This document shows, piece after piece, positions 1-12,000 of a stretch of DNA of 64,000 bases. This DNA comes from an uncultured bacterium. GTDB lineage: Bacteria; Bacillota; Clostridia; Christensenellales; UBA1242. The number at the start of each line of letters is the position of its first letter. Position 1 is the stretch's first letter. The position numbers and the translations under genes were made by a program. Below the pieces are notes generated by a model. It saw nothing but the letters and a program-made list of their open reading frames with translations. It made no database searches and was not told the origin of the DNA. The stretch is taken from assembly GCA_949474265.1 (NCBI GenBank), contig CASXBC010000001.1:20216-84215 (forward strand), given 5' to 3'.

Positions 1-3000
1 AGTTTAAGTTTTGTTGAGTTTACATCATAAAATCTGTTTTGTCCAGAAACTTTCATATAAACATTTACAGTGATTGTGCTACCTTGTATGTCAAAGTTTT
101 TATCAGTAAAGATATTTCCTTCTTCATCTATAAACGCACCACCGGCACCGCCTTCAACATCCTTATTGATTTCATAAGTAAACTTATATGCGTTTTCAGC
201 ATCTAAAGTCTTTGTTGCATCATTGTTTAATTTGAGTTTCTTTCCCCAAACCGTTCTTGGAATAACATAATAGAAGTCATCCGCTGATTTTTCTGCTTTG
301 AAATAGTTGTCAACCTTAAATTCAATGTTTCCACTCGTGTCAACACTGTCAGAAGTTAAGCTTGAATATTGAGTTCCAACTCTAAAGGTTTTAGACATTC
401 TATAATACATATTAGTATTGTTGAGTACAGAGCTGTTTATGTTGGTTTGTGTACCTTTATACAAGAAGTAAAGAGTTCTAGCTGTTGTGCTTTCAAGTCC
501 TGAAATCTCGCTATAGTCATTTATATTCAAAACAATCTCAGTCCCTGTGTATGCCGCAATGGTCTTATTTGCATAAACATCAGATACAACTCTTTCATAA
601 TATGTGCTCAACTCTTCATTTTTTGGAGTTGTTACAACAGTGTAAACTTTGTTTTCATCTACTAGATAATAGTTCTTCCCTGCAACTACTTTGCTGTCAG
701 ATGTCAATTTATATGACATTTCAAAATATGTCTTTTGAACAAAATACTTTGTTCCCTCAACAGGTTTTTCGACTGCTTTGTAATTGTAATTTTCATAGGT
801 ATAGAAAGTTTTACCTGAGTACTTTTCAGCGTTTTCTTTGTTGTATGTCACATAGTGATAGAATGGATTGGCTGCACTGCCATTATTAACTTGCTCATAG
901 TAAGACCTCATCTCACTTGCAATTGGAGCAGTAACAAGATTGTATACTCCATTTTCAAGCATATAATATTTCTTTCCAGAAATTGGCAATGTTTCATTAT
1001 CTGCAATCTTTCTATAGAAAGCAGAGCCTCGAATTGCGTTGTAAGTGCCTTCAGTAGTATCGCTCTTTAAGTAATATATTTTGTTGTTGACAATCAAAAC
1101 ATCTGTTGACTCTTGATATTTTTGAAGTTTTGAACTAGCTGCTGTCAAAACTTGCAAAGCCTTGCCATTATAAACAAAATCAATATCATCTTTTGTTGTT
1201 GTCTTTTCAAGAACAGTAAGCACAAAATCATTATTCGACCTAATTGTATTGCTTGGATATGGCTCTCTGCTGTTGAAATTGTGAGTCATCTTTTTGTATT
1301 TGTCAATAGTTGCAGAAATTGAAATGTATTCTGTTGTTCTATATTGACCTCTGTTTGACAAAGTCTCACATGCACTTGCTTCAGGAACTTCCTTAAAGGC
1401 ATTCAAGCTGTCAGAAATTGCAAATGTAACAGATTCGCCTGGGTCAAGCACAACTTCAAGCGTGTCGTTTAACAAAGTCTTCTTATCTGTTGGTCCACCA
1501 ACAACTGTGTTGTCTTTGACAACTTCATTAAATGTTGCAGCATTTTCAAGTCTGCTAATAGTAACAAACTTGCTTACAGTGGTTTTGTTTTCACCCTCAA
1601 CAAGATAAATCTTCATTTCAACATTTGCAAGTTTGTCGCTGTTGTTGAAATATATTGAGTCAATAACAGGCACCATAAAGTCTGCATCATTTGCATAAGG
1701 AGTTCCGTCTATAGGTGTTGCAGCTTCAGTTGCTGCAGCTTTTTCGTAATAACCTTCTTTCGCTACAAAATCACTTCCCGCAAAAGTTTTGAATTTTCCT
1801 GTATTTATATCAAAAGTATAGTAAGTTTTTGAAGAGTCAAATGTATGGTCAGTATCAACTGAAATAAAGTTTTTTGAATCCTTAATATAATACCCATTAG
1901 TCTTAACAAAAGCTGCACCTTCATACACTTTATATTGTCTTAAATTTGTGTCATAAGTGTAATATGTTTTGCTTTCAACTTTTGAATCGTCAGAAGTCTG
2001 AACATACTCTGCCGAAGCTTTTGCTGTTTGCACTCTTTCATAATATGTATGGTCTTTTTCAAAAGCTTCACCTTTAAAGATAACATAACTGCCATCTTTT
2101 TCTTCATAGTAAGTCTTTCCTGGATATTTAACAGTATCATTAGTTACTTTATAGCTATCTTCATAAACTTTTCCATTGTAGAACTTGTATTCTCCATTTG
2201 TCACAAGAGAGATGTTTCCCTCTTTATTAGTTTGAGCCCCTCTTACTGAGGTTCCAATAACTTTTCCATTGAGAAGATACTCTATCTTGTTTACCTTGAT
2301 GTCGTTTACTCTTGATTTATACTTTTCGGCAACATCCAAATTCAATCCCTTGATAGAATCTTCTCCCATAGCAGGAAACGCATAAGAAGAAATTCCTCTA
2401 AGAGTTACAAGAGCCTTCTTACTCTTATTGTTGTTATCTTCCGATGATTGTGACGAAATTGTTGGTGTTCTTGCTTCACCTTCTGCGGTGTAAACTTGTT
2501 CAATCACTAAATCATTTTCACCAACACCAGCCTTGGCATATTTCAAGTTTGTAAATGTTGTGAAGTTGTCTCCATTAGTAAACAAACCATAAATTGCAAT
2601 TCTTGAACCTTTTAAGTTCTCTTGTACATTATCCTCTGACTGATGGTCATCACTGAAGTAATTATTTTCATTGAAATTAACATCTGCTAGAATTGGATTT
2701 CCATACATTTCATCTTTTTCACCTGTCTCAACTTTAATTACAGGTTCACTGTCATCAGCAAACTTCCATTTTCCACTTGATTGCCAAATGTTGACACTTC
2801 CACTGCTAATTGACCCTATCTTTTTAATAACTGTGCCATAAGGCGTATCAGTTTCAGCAGACAGATATAATTTTGTCACACTTCCAGGGATGTTTAAAAT
2901 AGTGTCAGCCCAACCTTTTCCAGAGTTGTTGTTGTCTTCTCGGACATAATTGATTGTGCCAAGAAGTTGATACCATTGTTGGTCTGAGCCTTCATCTACT

Positions 3001-6000
3001 GCTATTTTGGCTGGAGCAACAGGCAAGTATTTCGCTCCAACAACGACTGCTTGTCCTTCTTGAACTATGTCTGTAGCTTCACCGTCAATAGTCAAAGAAT
3101 CAACAACCGGTTTTTCTGTTGCAGATAATGTGAAATAGAATCTAATCCTAAATCCATATTCATTTACACCATCAATGTAGAATTGCCTGTCTCCAAGCAT
3201 AAGTTCTTTAAGACTTACTTTAAATTCATCAAGCTTTTTATCAAGTTTTATTTCTTCTGGTATAGCAGGCTCATCATCTAAGTATAAAACGCTATCCAAG
3301 AAACTGTTGTATTTTGAGTCTCTGTCGCCTGAGTATTCATAAGTATACTCGAAAGTATTTGCATTGTTTAATGTGTTGTTTTTGTACATCTTTGCTTGAA
3401 TAGCTGACAAATTAAAGTTGTCAACCAATGAGCCCTCTTTGTTGTCTTTCTTCCAAAGATAGAACACATTTGCTTCATAGCCTTTTGAGTTGTCATCATT
3501 TTGAATTGAATAGGCAGATTCTTTATTGCTTGCGTATGACTGTCCACCAACAACCTCATTTGCACTTGTTGTGCTTGCAGTGCTGTTGTGTCTTGTCAAG
3601 AATGTTATGCTTGAGTTTGGCATAACTTTGAAAAGCAAGTTGTGAGCTATCACAATAGCCTCTGAATTTTCTCCAAAGTTTACTGTATAAGTTATTCTCA
3701 TCATGACGTGATTTCCGTCATTGTTTGCTCCTCTCGCACGAATTGAGAAGTCGACTTTTTTGCCTCCCTCAACTATATCTGAATAAGTGAGATAGTTTAA
3801 GTCAATTGAGCCAGATTCTACAATACCTTGTCTGTCAATTTCGTCAACACAGTTGAAGCCTGTGTTAAGTCCATTTGCACGAGGAGTAAGTCCTGTTTTG
3901 AAAATAACATCTTTTGTTGAGTCATAGTTTTGTGGAGCTTTTTTCAGGTCACTATGAATTTCATAAGCAGCTCTTGTTAAAGAATCATTTGGAGCTTGTG
4001 TGATTGCAAGACCAGGAAGTCCATAAATCTTCAAGTCAACATTTCCGCCAGAATCCTTGAAATTGTCTGTGTTTGCGGCACCAGAATTGCTATACTTGTG
4101 ACCTGTTCTTGCATTGTAAATACCAAAGTCAACTCCGTCCAAGAGTGAAAGTTCTTCTCCTGCATTGATTGTCTTTGCAGTGGGAGTTGTAGAGCTGTCT
4201 GAACTTTCAGAAACCCCAAACTCTGCCTTGAGATAAACAGCATATTGTGAGTTTGTGAAGATTGTTTGTCCATTTTCTCCGCCAACTTGAACAGCAATCT
4301 CATAGCGTTTTTCTTTCAAATAGTCAGAAGTGCTTAAAACAGTGTTTTCAATTTTTTTATAGCCATAAATTGTCTTTTGCAATAAGTCTTGCAAACAATC
4401 ATCCCAAGTTGAGCCAGAAAGCTTAATAGCATTTGAAAGTCCGCTTGCATCTGAGAATTTACCTTCCTGATAGTTGTCAATGCTTGCTCTGTAAACATAC
4501 CAAGGTGTCGCTACGTTGTTAACGCTCAAATAGATTGTCTGAACCACATCATCAACAATGCCACCACTATAATTGCTCTCGCAAACTTTTGCAGCATTCT
4601 TATCATTGCTCAAGAGTATTACTCCTGAATAAAGACTTTCAGGCTTGCTTGAATTAAATCCTCTGATTCCACTGAAATATCCAGCATAAGCATCACCTGA
4701 ATATGCTTTGATATATCTTACCCCATTTAACACTGCAAGTGTATCCTTAGCTTTGAGTGCTTTTGCTTGAGACTGAATGTATGAGTTTAATATCGTATCA
4801 GCAATATATCCGTCCTGAGTCTTATTCCATCCAATATTTGTGCCAAGTTTGATATAGTTTTCTTCGCTAAGTTTTATTGCTCTGTCGTCATAATACTTAA
4901 CAACAATTCTGCTTGTTAGGTTTGGAGCAGTAGTATAGATTTCTTCATCTGAAATAACATCATCTGTATTTCCCGCCTGAGCTCCTTCAAGACTTCTGTA
5001 AGTTGCAAAATACTTAAAGGTCTTAAAGCTCTTTCCAAGGTCAATATTGATGATTACCCCTCTATCATTCACAGTTATTGGAACAATTTTGTTTTCTGCT
5101 GTGTTTGCAGTGTTTGCCAATCTAACATAATAGGTCTCGCCAAGTAAAGCTGAGCCTTTAAAGTTGTAATTGAGCAATCTGTTCTCTGCAAAAATTTCCT
5201 GCTCTTCACTCTTTGCCAAATCTTCAGCATAGATTTCTTCTCTGTTTTGATTGTAATTTGGAGTGTTTGTAGAAACCTTAATTATTGGAGCATTAACCAC
5301 TTTCACAGTGTACAAAGCAGACACTTTGTTTACTGTAATTTTAAAGGTAACACTTTCAACTTTGCCAACATCCAAAAGAGTAAACTTAAGGTTAATCTCT
5401 CCGGTTAATGAGTTTGTAAGAATTGTTCTTGCTTTTTCGTCTGAAGTACTGTCAACATCTCCTGTCACTGTTTTGCCATTATCTACTTTCGAATAACTTA
5501 CTTTAAGATTGCTTGTAATGTCTGAAACAGAAACTGTCCATTTGTTTTGCACTCCACCTTCCTCACTGTTAGGTATATAAGGAACATAAGTATCCCCATC
5601 CTTCTTTGCAGTATAAACATTAACTCTGTTTTGAGCCTTTCCATCCTTATCTTTTGATGCAAAAGTTGCAGGAGTGTTGAAGAAGTTTTTGAAGTCAGTT
5701 GAAACATAACTTCCATCTAAATCAGCCTTAGTAGTTGCTGAAATGTATTCTTCTGATGAAGTATTTTCTTTTGCTTCATCTGGGTTTGGATAATTTGTAT
5801 TTATGATTACATTCTTTGCAATTTGGTATCTGTAAGATACTTGGAATCTTGAAATTTCTTTTCCTTTAAACATTCCAACAAGTGTGAGTGTTTTATAAAC
5901 ACTGTTCATCTCTTCTTCAACATCATCAGGAGTTATCTTCAACTCTGGATTGTTGTCTTGAAGAGAAGCCTTATCAACCAAGCTATAGCCATCACCTTTT

Positions 6001-9000
6001 CCAAATTTGTAAGTTGTATTTTCTGTTGCAATAAGTGAAACCTTTGATGGTTTTGCATCTTCGGAATAAATTTTTGGAGTTACTACTGAACCAACCTCAC
6101 CATCACCATTTATAATAATGACACTAAAAGGTCTTTGTCCATATCTCCACTCAGTATCTTGAACTTGTCTGCCAACATTTTCATCAAAATTCTTTGTGGC
6201 AACAAACTCAAGCTCAAATGAATAAAGTGACACATCTGACAGATTGTCTTTTGAAGCAGATTTGATAGTTACATCAAATTTAAGATTTACATCTTTTACA
6301 AGAGGAGCTATCTCCAATTTAATGTCGTCAAGATTGAGCTTGTCTTCCTCATCTGGAGTAAGCATCCCAGAGAGAACAATCATATCAGAAACTTTCAAGT
6401 TTACACGCTCATAATAATTTACACCAGCAGTAAATCCTTCATCTTCGCTAAACTCTGCAATTTGATATTTGCCGTCTTTCAGAACATAATAAGTTTTATT
6501 TATAAATCTGCGTTCATCATCTGTAAGAGGATAATATTCTCTGTAGAAATCATTGCCATTGGTAAGGCTCATGCCAACATCAAGTATTTTTCTGTTTTCA
6601 TCTTTTGTAGAAAGCTCAGTAATCAAGTTTTTAAAGGTGTAATGCTTTCCACTTGCAAGAGTTTTTTCTCCCAAAGTCCATTCAAAGTAACTTTCTGCTT
6701 TCAAGTTGATTTTAAACACGATGCCTTCGCTTGTGTAAATACCAAGTTCAAATGTGCTGTCTTTTGAAATGTTGTCTTTTGGGTTCAAAATAATTGTTTC
6801 ATAAGGATTATTTTTATATTTTTCATAATATTGAGTGTTTTCCTCAAAGTCAACCCCATCCTCAAACACAGCTTCAACATATTCTCCGTTTTCAATTACG
6901 TAATATGTTTTTGTTGAAACCCTGTTCTTGTCTGAAGTTGTGAAATATTCTTGAAGTCCCTTTTCCAGATATTCAACAATCAAGTCCTCAAGTTTTACTC
7001 CAATTTCTGCAGAGTAAACAGACTCTCCAACACTGATATTTTTGCTAAACCAGAGTTTTCCATCTTCAATCTTGTAGGTTTGATTTGGATTTTCTGATGG
7101 ATTTGCAAAGTAAACAACCAAATTTGTTTTTGTTTTTTCATCAACAATTGACGTTTCAATATTTGCATAAATCCAATCTGTTTCTTCAATAAGCACTTCA
7201 TTGCTGTCCAAAATGAGTGACTTGAGTTCTTCTGTGATAGGCATCTTAACAGTCACTTCAGTACCTTCTGCAATCCAAACCTTTTTAAATTTGAGAGCAT
7301 CAATAAGGTCAAGAGGATTGCCTTTGATATAAGAACCATAAGTTTCTCTATCACCTGTCACCTCTCCATCTTTCTCACGAACTGATGGGATAAAGATTTG
7401 CTCTTTGCTTCCAGCAATTATTGTTGCGTCATAGCTTGGAACATTATCTGCTCCAACTTTATTTTCATCTTTCACTTCACCACGATAAAGCGAAGTATCA
7501 TAAGTCTTTGCTTGGTTGAGCTTGAAAGTGTATTCCATTTCTGAGCCAACAACCTCAACATCATCAACACACCAATACTTTTGAATCACGATTGTTACTG
7601 CTGAATTTTTGTCGCTTTCAGACCTATAAGCAATAGATATATTTCTTCCATCAAATGAAACACTAACAGCATTTGAAGAAGCAGATTTCAATCTGTAGTT
7701 TTCTGTTATAACACCCTCTGGCAAAGTTGTCCAAAGGATTTTGTCAAATCTAGAGCCAGCAACTCTTCCGCTGTTTGAATTGTTGAATTTTTCATCCAAA
7801 TCAATTGTGTATGTCAAAGTTTCAGCATTGTAATAATGAGAATTAATATCCAAATACTCACCATAATTTTCGCTTGAACTTTCATTGTAAGGATAATTTA
7901 CATTTCCGATTTCAAAGTTTGAAACCACTTTAATTCTGTAATACCAGCTATAAGAATTTGAACTTACTGTTCCGGAAACCTTCATAGTGAATTTCAAAAG
8001 TATATAGCCTTCAAGTCCAGCTTCCATACTGTTGATATGGAGCATTCTGTCTGCGTCAGTGTATCTAGCAAGGTTGTTTAAATAGCCGTACGCATCAGAA
8101 ACAATTTCAACAGAAAACTCTCTTCTTGCTCCGGTCTCTTCAAGAAGTACTGAGTCATAGTAGAAACCTGCTTGAGGTGCATTTTTTTCAAAATAGCTTG
8201 CAAGGTATTCGGCACTTGGAGATTCTACAACAACGAAAGATGATTTTCCTTGTATGTAATAAGTTTTTGTAGGGTCAATTTCTGTGTCAGTAGTACGAGT
8301 GTATTCAGTTCCAATGTCATGCAAAATCTTATATGACTTGCCAGCAACCATTGTCTCATAAACACCCTCATTTTCAAGGTCGTTTGGATTTGCTGAAATC
8401 AATTTATCAAAGTCAACAAGACTGTTTCCATTTTCATCAGCAAAGATATTAAATTCGCCATTCTTGTTTGTGTAATAAACAAATTCGTTTCCTGTATTTG
8501 TTACTGTCACTCCAAGCACGAGATTTATTTCAAGTTTTGTAGTTCCGTCACTTACATCTGTTGAAACACTTATCTTATTGTCATGGTCAACAAATTCCAA
8601 ATTGTTTTTAGTAACAAGTTGATTTTGACTGTTTTTATCAATATATCTTCCTTCAACCGCTTTGATATTAAAGCCGTCAGCAATAGAGTATTGTCTGTCT
8701 TTGAGTATAAGAAGTCTAGTTTGTCCTTGATATTGAACAACTGATGCCTCTGGGAATACTTGCGTGATAAGTTCGTCTATGCTTGATTGATTGTAGCAAA
8801 CTGAGAATGCAATGGTTATTCTGTCTTTAGAACTGTATTTAACCACTTCCCTTGCATTGTCTTTGTCAACTTTTATCTTGACCGCATCCAATGCAGAATC
8901 AGTTGCATCATTTAATGAAAATGCTTGAATATAAGAATTCATAACATCTATATTTTTTCTGTCAACAAAAGCAAACTTTCCGCCACCATCAGCATCACTT

Positions 9001-12000
9001 CCGCTCTTAATTGTCAAAAATCCGTCATTATCCTTTCTCACATAAATGAGATTTTTTGCAGACAAGTAAGTTGTGCCTCCATCAAGAGAAACAGCTTCCT
9101 TCGTTCCGCCACCAGCAAGCTCTCTTATGTAAGAAGTCGCTTTCCAAACTGAATAATAGTTTGCAACATTTTCACTTGCCACTTGCGTCAAATCCAAAAT
9201 TGGATTTTCATCAAGTGAATTTACTTTTTCTTCAATAATAATATTTGGGTTTACATAAAGCTCAACTTCAGTATAGAAGGCATATTCAGACCTTACCCCA
9301 TAGTAGATTTTTATTGTAATTGATGTGTATTGTCTTACTGCAGCAATGTCAAGTCTAATTTCATCTGCAGAAACAACATTCAAGCTTGCAATCCCTTGCT
9401 TTTCAAAGAAAATACCACTTTCTTTTGAACCAAGGTCAAGCCCCTTTCCAACCAAAGCTTTTGCCCAAGAATATTTGCTTGAGTTGAAAACGAGATATTC
9501 ATCCAAATTGTAAGACTCATCTGCAAAAACGCTTACAGATTCATTTGGAGCATCCGTCAAATATTCTGAGTATTTTGTTTCATAATTTTCAAATGACCTG
9601 TTTACTTCAATGTCAGAAGTTAAATACAAATTGAGTGTAACGCTGTACAAATTGTTTGTACTGTTGATTCTGAAAGTAAGCTTTGTCTCTTTCAATGGAT
9701 TGATTGGAGCATTGAGCTTAAGCTTTGTAATAGGCACATTTGCATATTCAGTAATATTTTTTTGTTCGTTTACATTGCCTGCCTCATCATTGATTTGGAA
9801 CATCTTTTTCAGTTCAACGCCAAGAACTCCACTTTGGAAATCTTGAAGCCAAGTGCCATCAAAAACAATTTGATAGTCTGTGTTTGCATTACTGTTTCCT
9901 GTTGTGTAAATTCTAAACAAGTTGCTAAGTATGATTTCGTCATCTTCTGAGACATGTTTTGTGACAACAATTTTCGACTCATTTTTTGGAGCATCTTCAA
10001 ATCTGCTGTCATCCTCTGTATTTGTGACGTCTGTAGTTTTGTCATACTTGACATAGTCCAAACCTTCTGAGCTAACTTCAAATGTAAGCATTTCTGATTG
10101 CATTTCAACATTTGACAAAGTGTTGTCTGGATTTACTGCCATAACTTTTTCGTTGCCATTTTTTCTGTCAACGACATAAACTTTCAAATTTGTGCTTACA
10201 ACTTTTCCATTGGTAGAGTTGAAGTCTTTTATTTTGGCAGGGATACCCAAAGAGCCTGCCACCTCTTCATCAAACACCAAAACATTGTTTGAGTCTCTTC
10301 TTTCTTCATTAAATTGAACGCTGTATACGCCGTCAGTTGCTTTTATCTCTTGTCCAAATTGGTCAACAATTGTGTAAGTCAAAAGGCTGTTGAGGGCATC
10401 AATTGTCGCTTGATAGTTTTCTGCTGTCAAAGGCATTTGTCCCCAATCTATTTGAAGTCCATTTGCTCCAGAAGAAATTTGAACAACAATTGGATTTTCA
10501 GCTGAGTAATTTCCTGTTTCAGAATATTTTACTTTAAGTTCTTTTGGTTGTTGGAAATAAACATAGAAATAATCTACCACACCGTCATCAATTGGGTCAT
10601 TCATCCCAACAAGTTTTTCTCTTTCTTCTTTTCCATCATCATAAGTGAGCTTAAATGAAATTGCTTTTCCTTGGTCTACTGCGTTTTTCCCTGCAGTAAA
10701 GAAATCTTCATTGATGATAATGGTTCCTTCAAAAACTGCCATGTTGGCTGTTCTTTGGTCGACCAATTCTGCAAAACTTCCAAGTGACAAATATTGCTCT
10801 TGATAAGCATTGCCATCTCTGTCACAACAAATGACATTGAGAGTTTTTCCATACGCAGCCATAACTTTTTCAACATCTTTTGCAATGTCTTCGCTTGTAA
10901 GTTTGAGTGTGAATGTAATCATGTCTTTTGTTGAGCCGTCTTCGTTTTTGTTGATTGCTGGCAAATAGTATTGATTGTTATATTTTGCAGGCTCTCCGTT
11001 TTTGAATGAGAATGTTGGAGTCATATTTGAAATTGAAAGCGTGCTGTCAACATTTACTACTTTCGCTCCGCTAAAGCATACAAGTTGATATTTTGAAGGG
11101 TCTGTTGAGTCAGGAATGAGATTGCCGTTTACATCAGTTCTTACAAGGGCAGCAATGACAACCACTGAACCAGAATAACTTTTGTTTACTACAAGTCTGT
11201 TTCCAAACAACTCATAAAGTGTGTAGTTTTCTCTTGGAGTAACACCTGAAATATTGATGTTTTGTCCCCTGTAGTCCTTTGAGTAAACCACTCCTTCTTT
11301 GCAATTAAACACATCTTTGATGTCAACTGAGCCATCTCTTGTGTTGTCATAGAGAAAATATGCCACTCTTGTGTAAATGCTGTTTCCTATGTCTGCAGAA
11401 AGTTCAAGTTCTGCAGGGATAGGCTTGCCATTATCGTCATAGTTGATTACAAGGTCAAGACTGTCAGCTGTAAGTGAAACCGAGTTGTTTCCATCTTTTA
11501 CCAAAACATTTATTGACTCTTCTTGACCATTTTCAAAGAATCTTCTCCAAAGTCCTGTTTCATCCTTATGGAAGAAGTTGATTTCAAGTTTAAAAGTGTC
11601 CATAACAGAGCTTGAAGCAAAACTCCAATAGTAGTTGTTGTAGTCAATGTCTGCACCTGTTCTTGGCAAGATATAATATTCAACCCCCTCTGCCGCTTTA
11701 CTATAGTCAAAGTCTGGGTCAAAAGTTTCTTCTTCAACGACAACATTTCCTTCTTTTGTTGTCACCTTCATAACTCTTCCGCCAAGGATAGAGAAATCAG
11801 CTTTTCCTTTAGGAACTTTGATTCCCACTCTTCCAAGCAAAACCTGTGCAGGTTTTTTGCCACTATCAAAGATTGAAATCCCCAAACTCATGTCATTTGG
11901 TCTGTCTGTTGAATTTGTTGAAAGAGTAAAGTACTTATCTACAAAAACTTCAGCAAGCTCTTTGCTTGGCTCTACAATCACATCAGCAACTTCAATATCC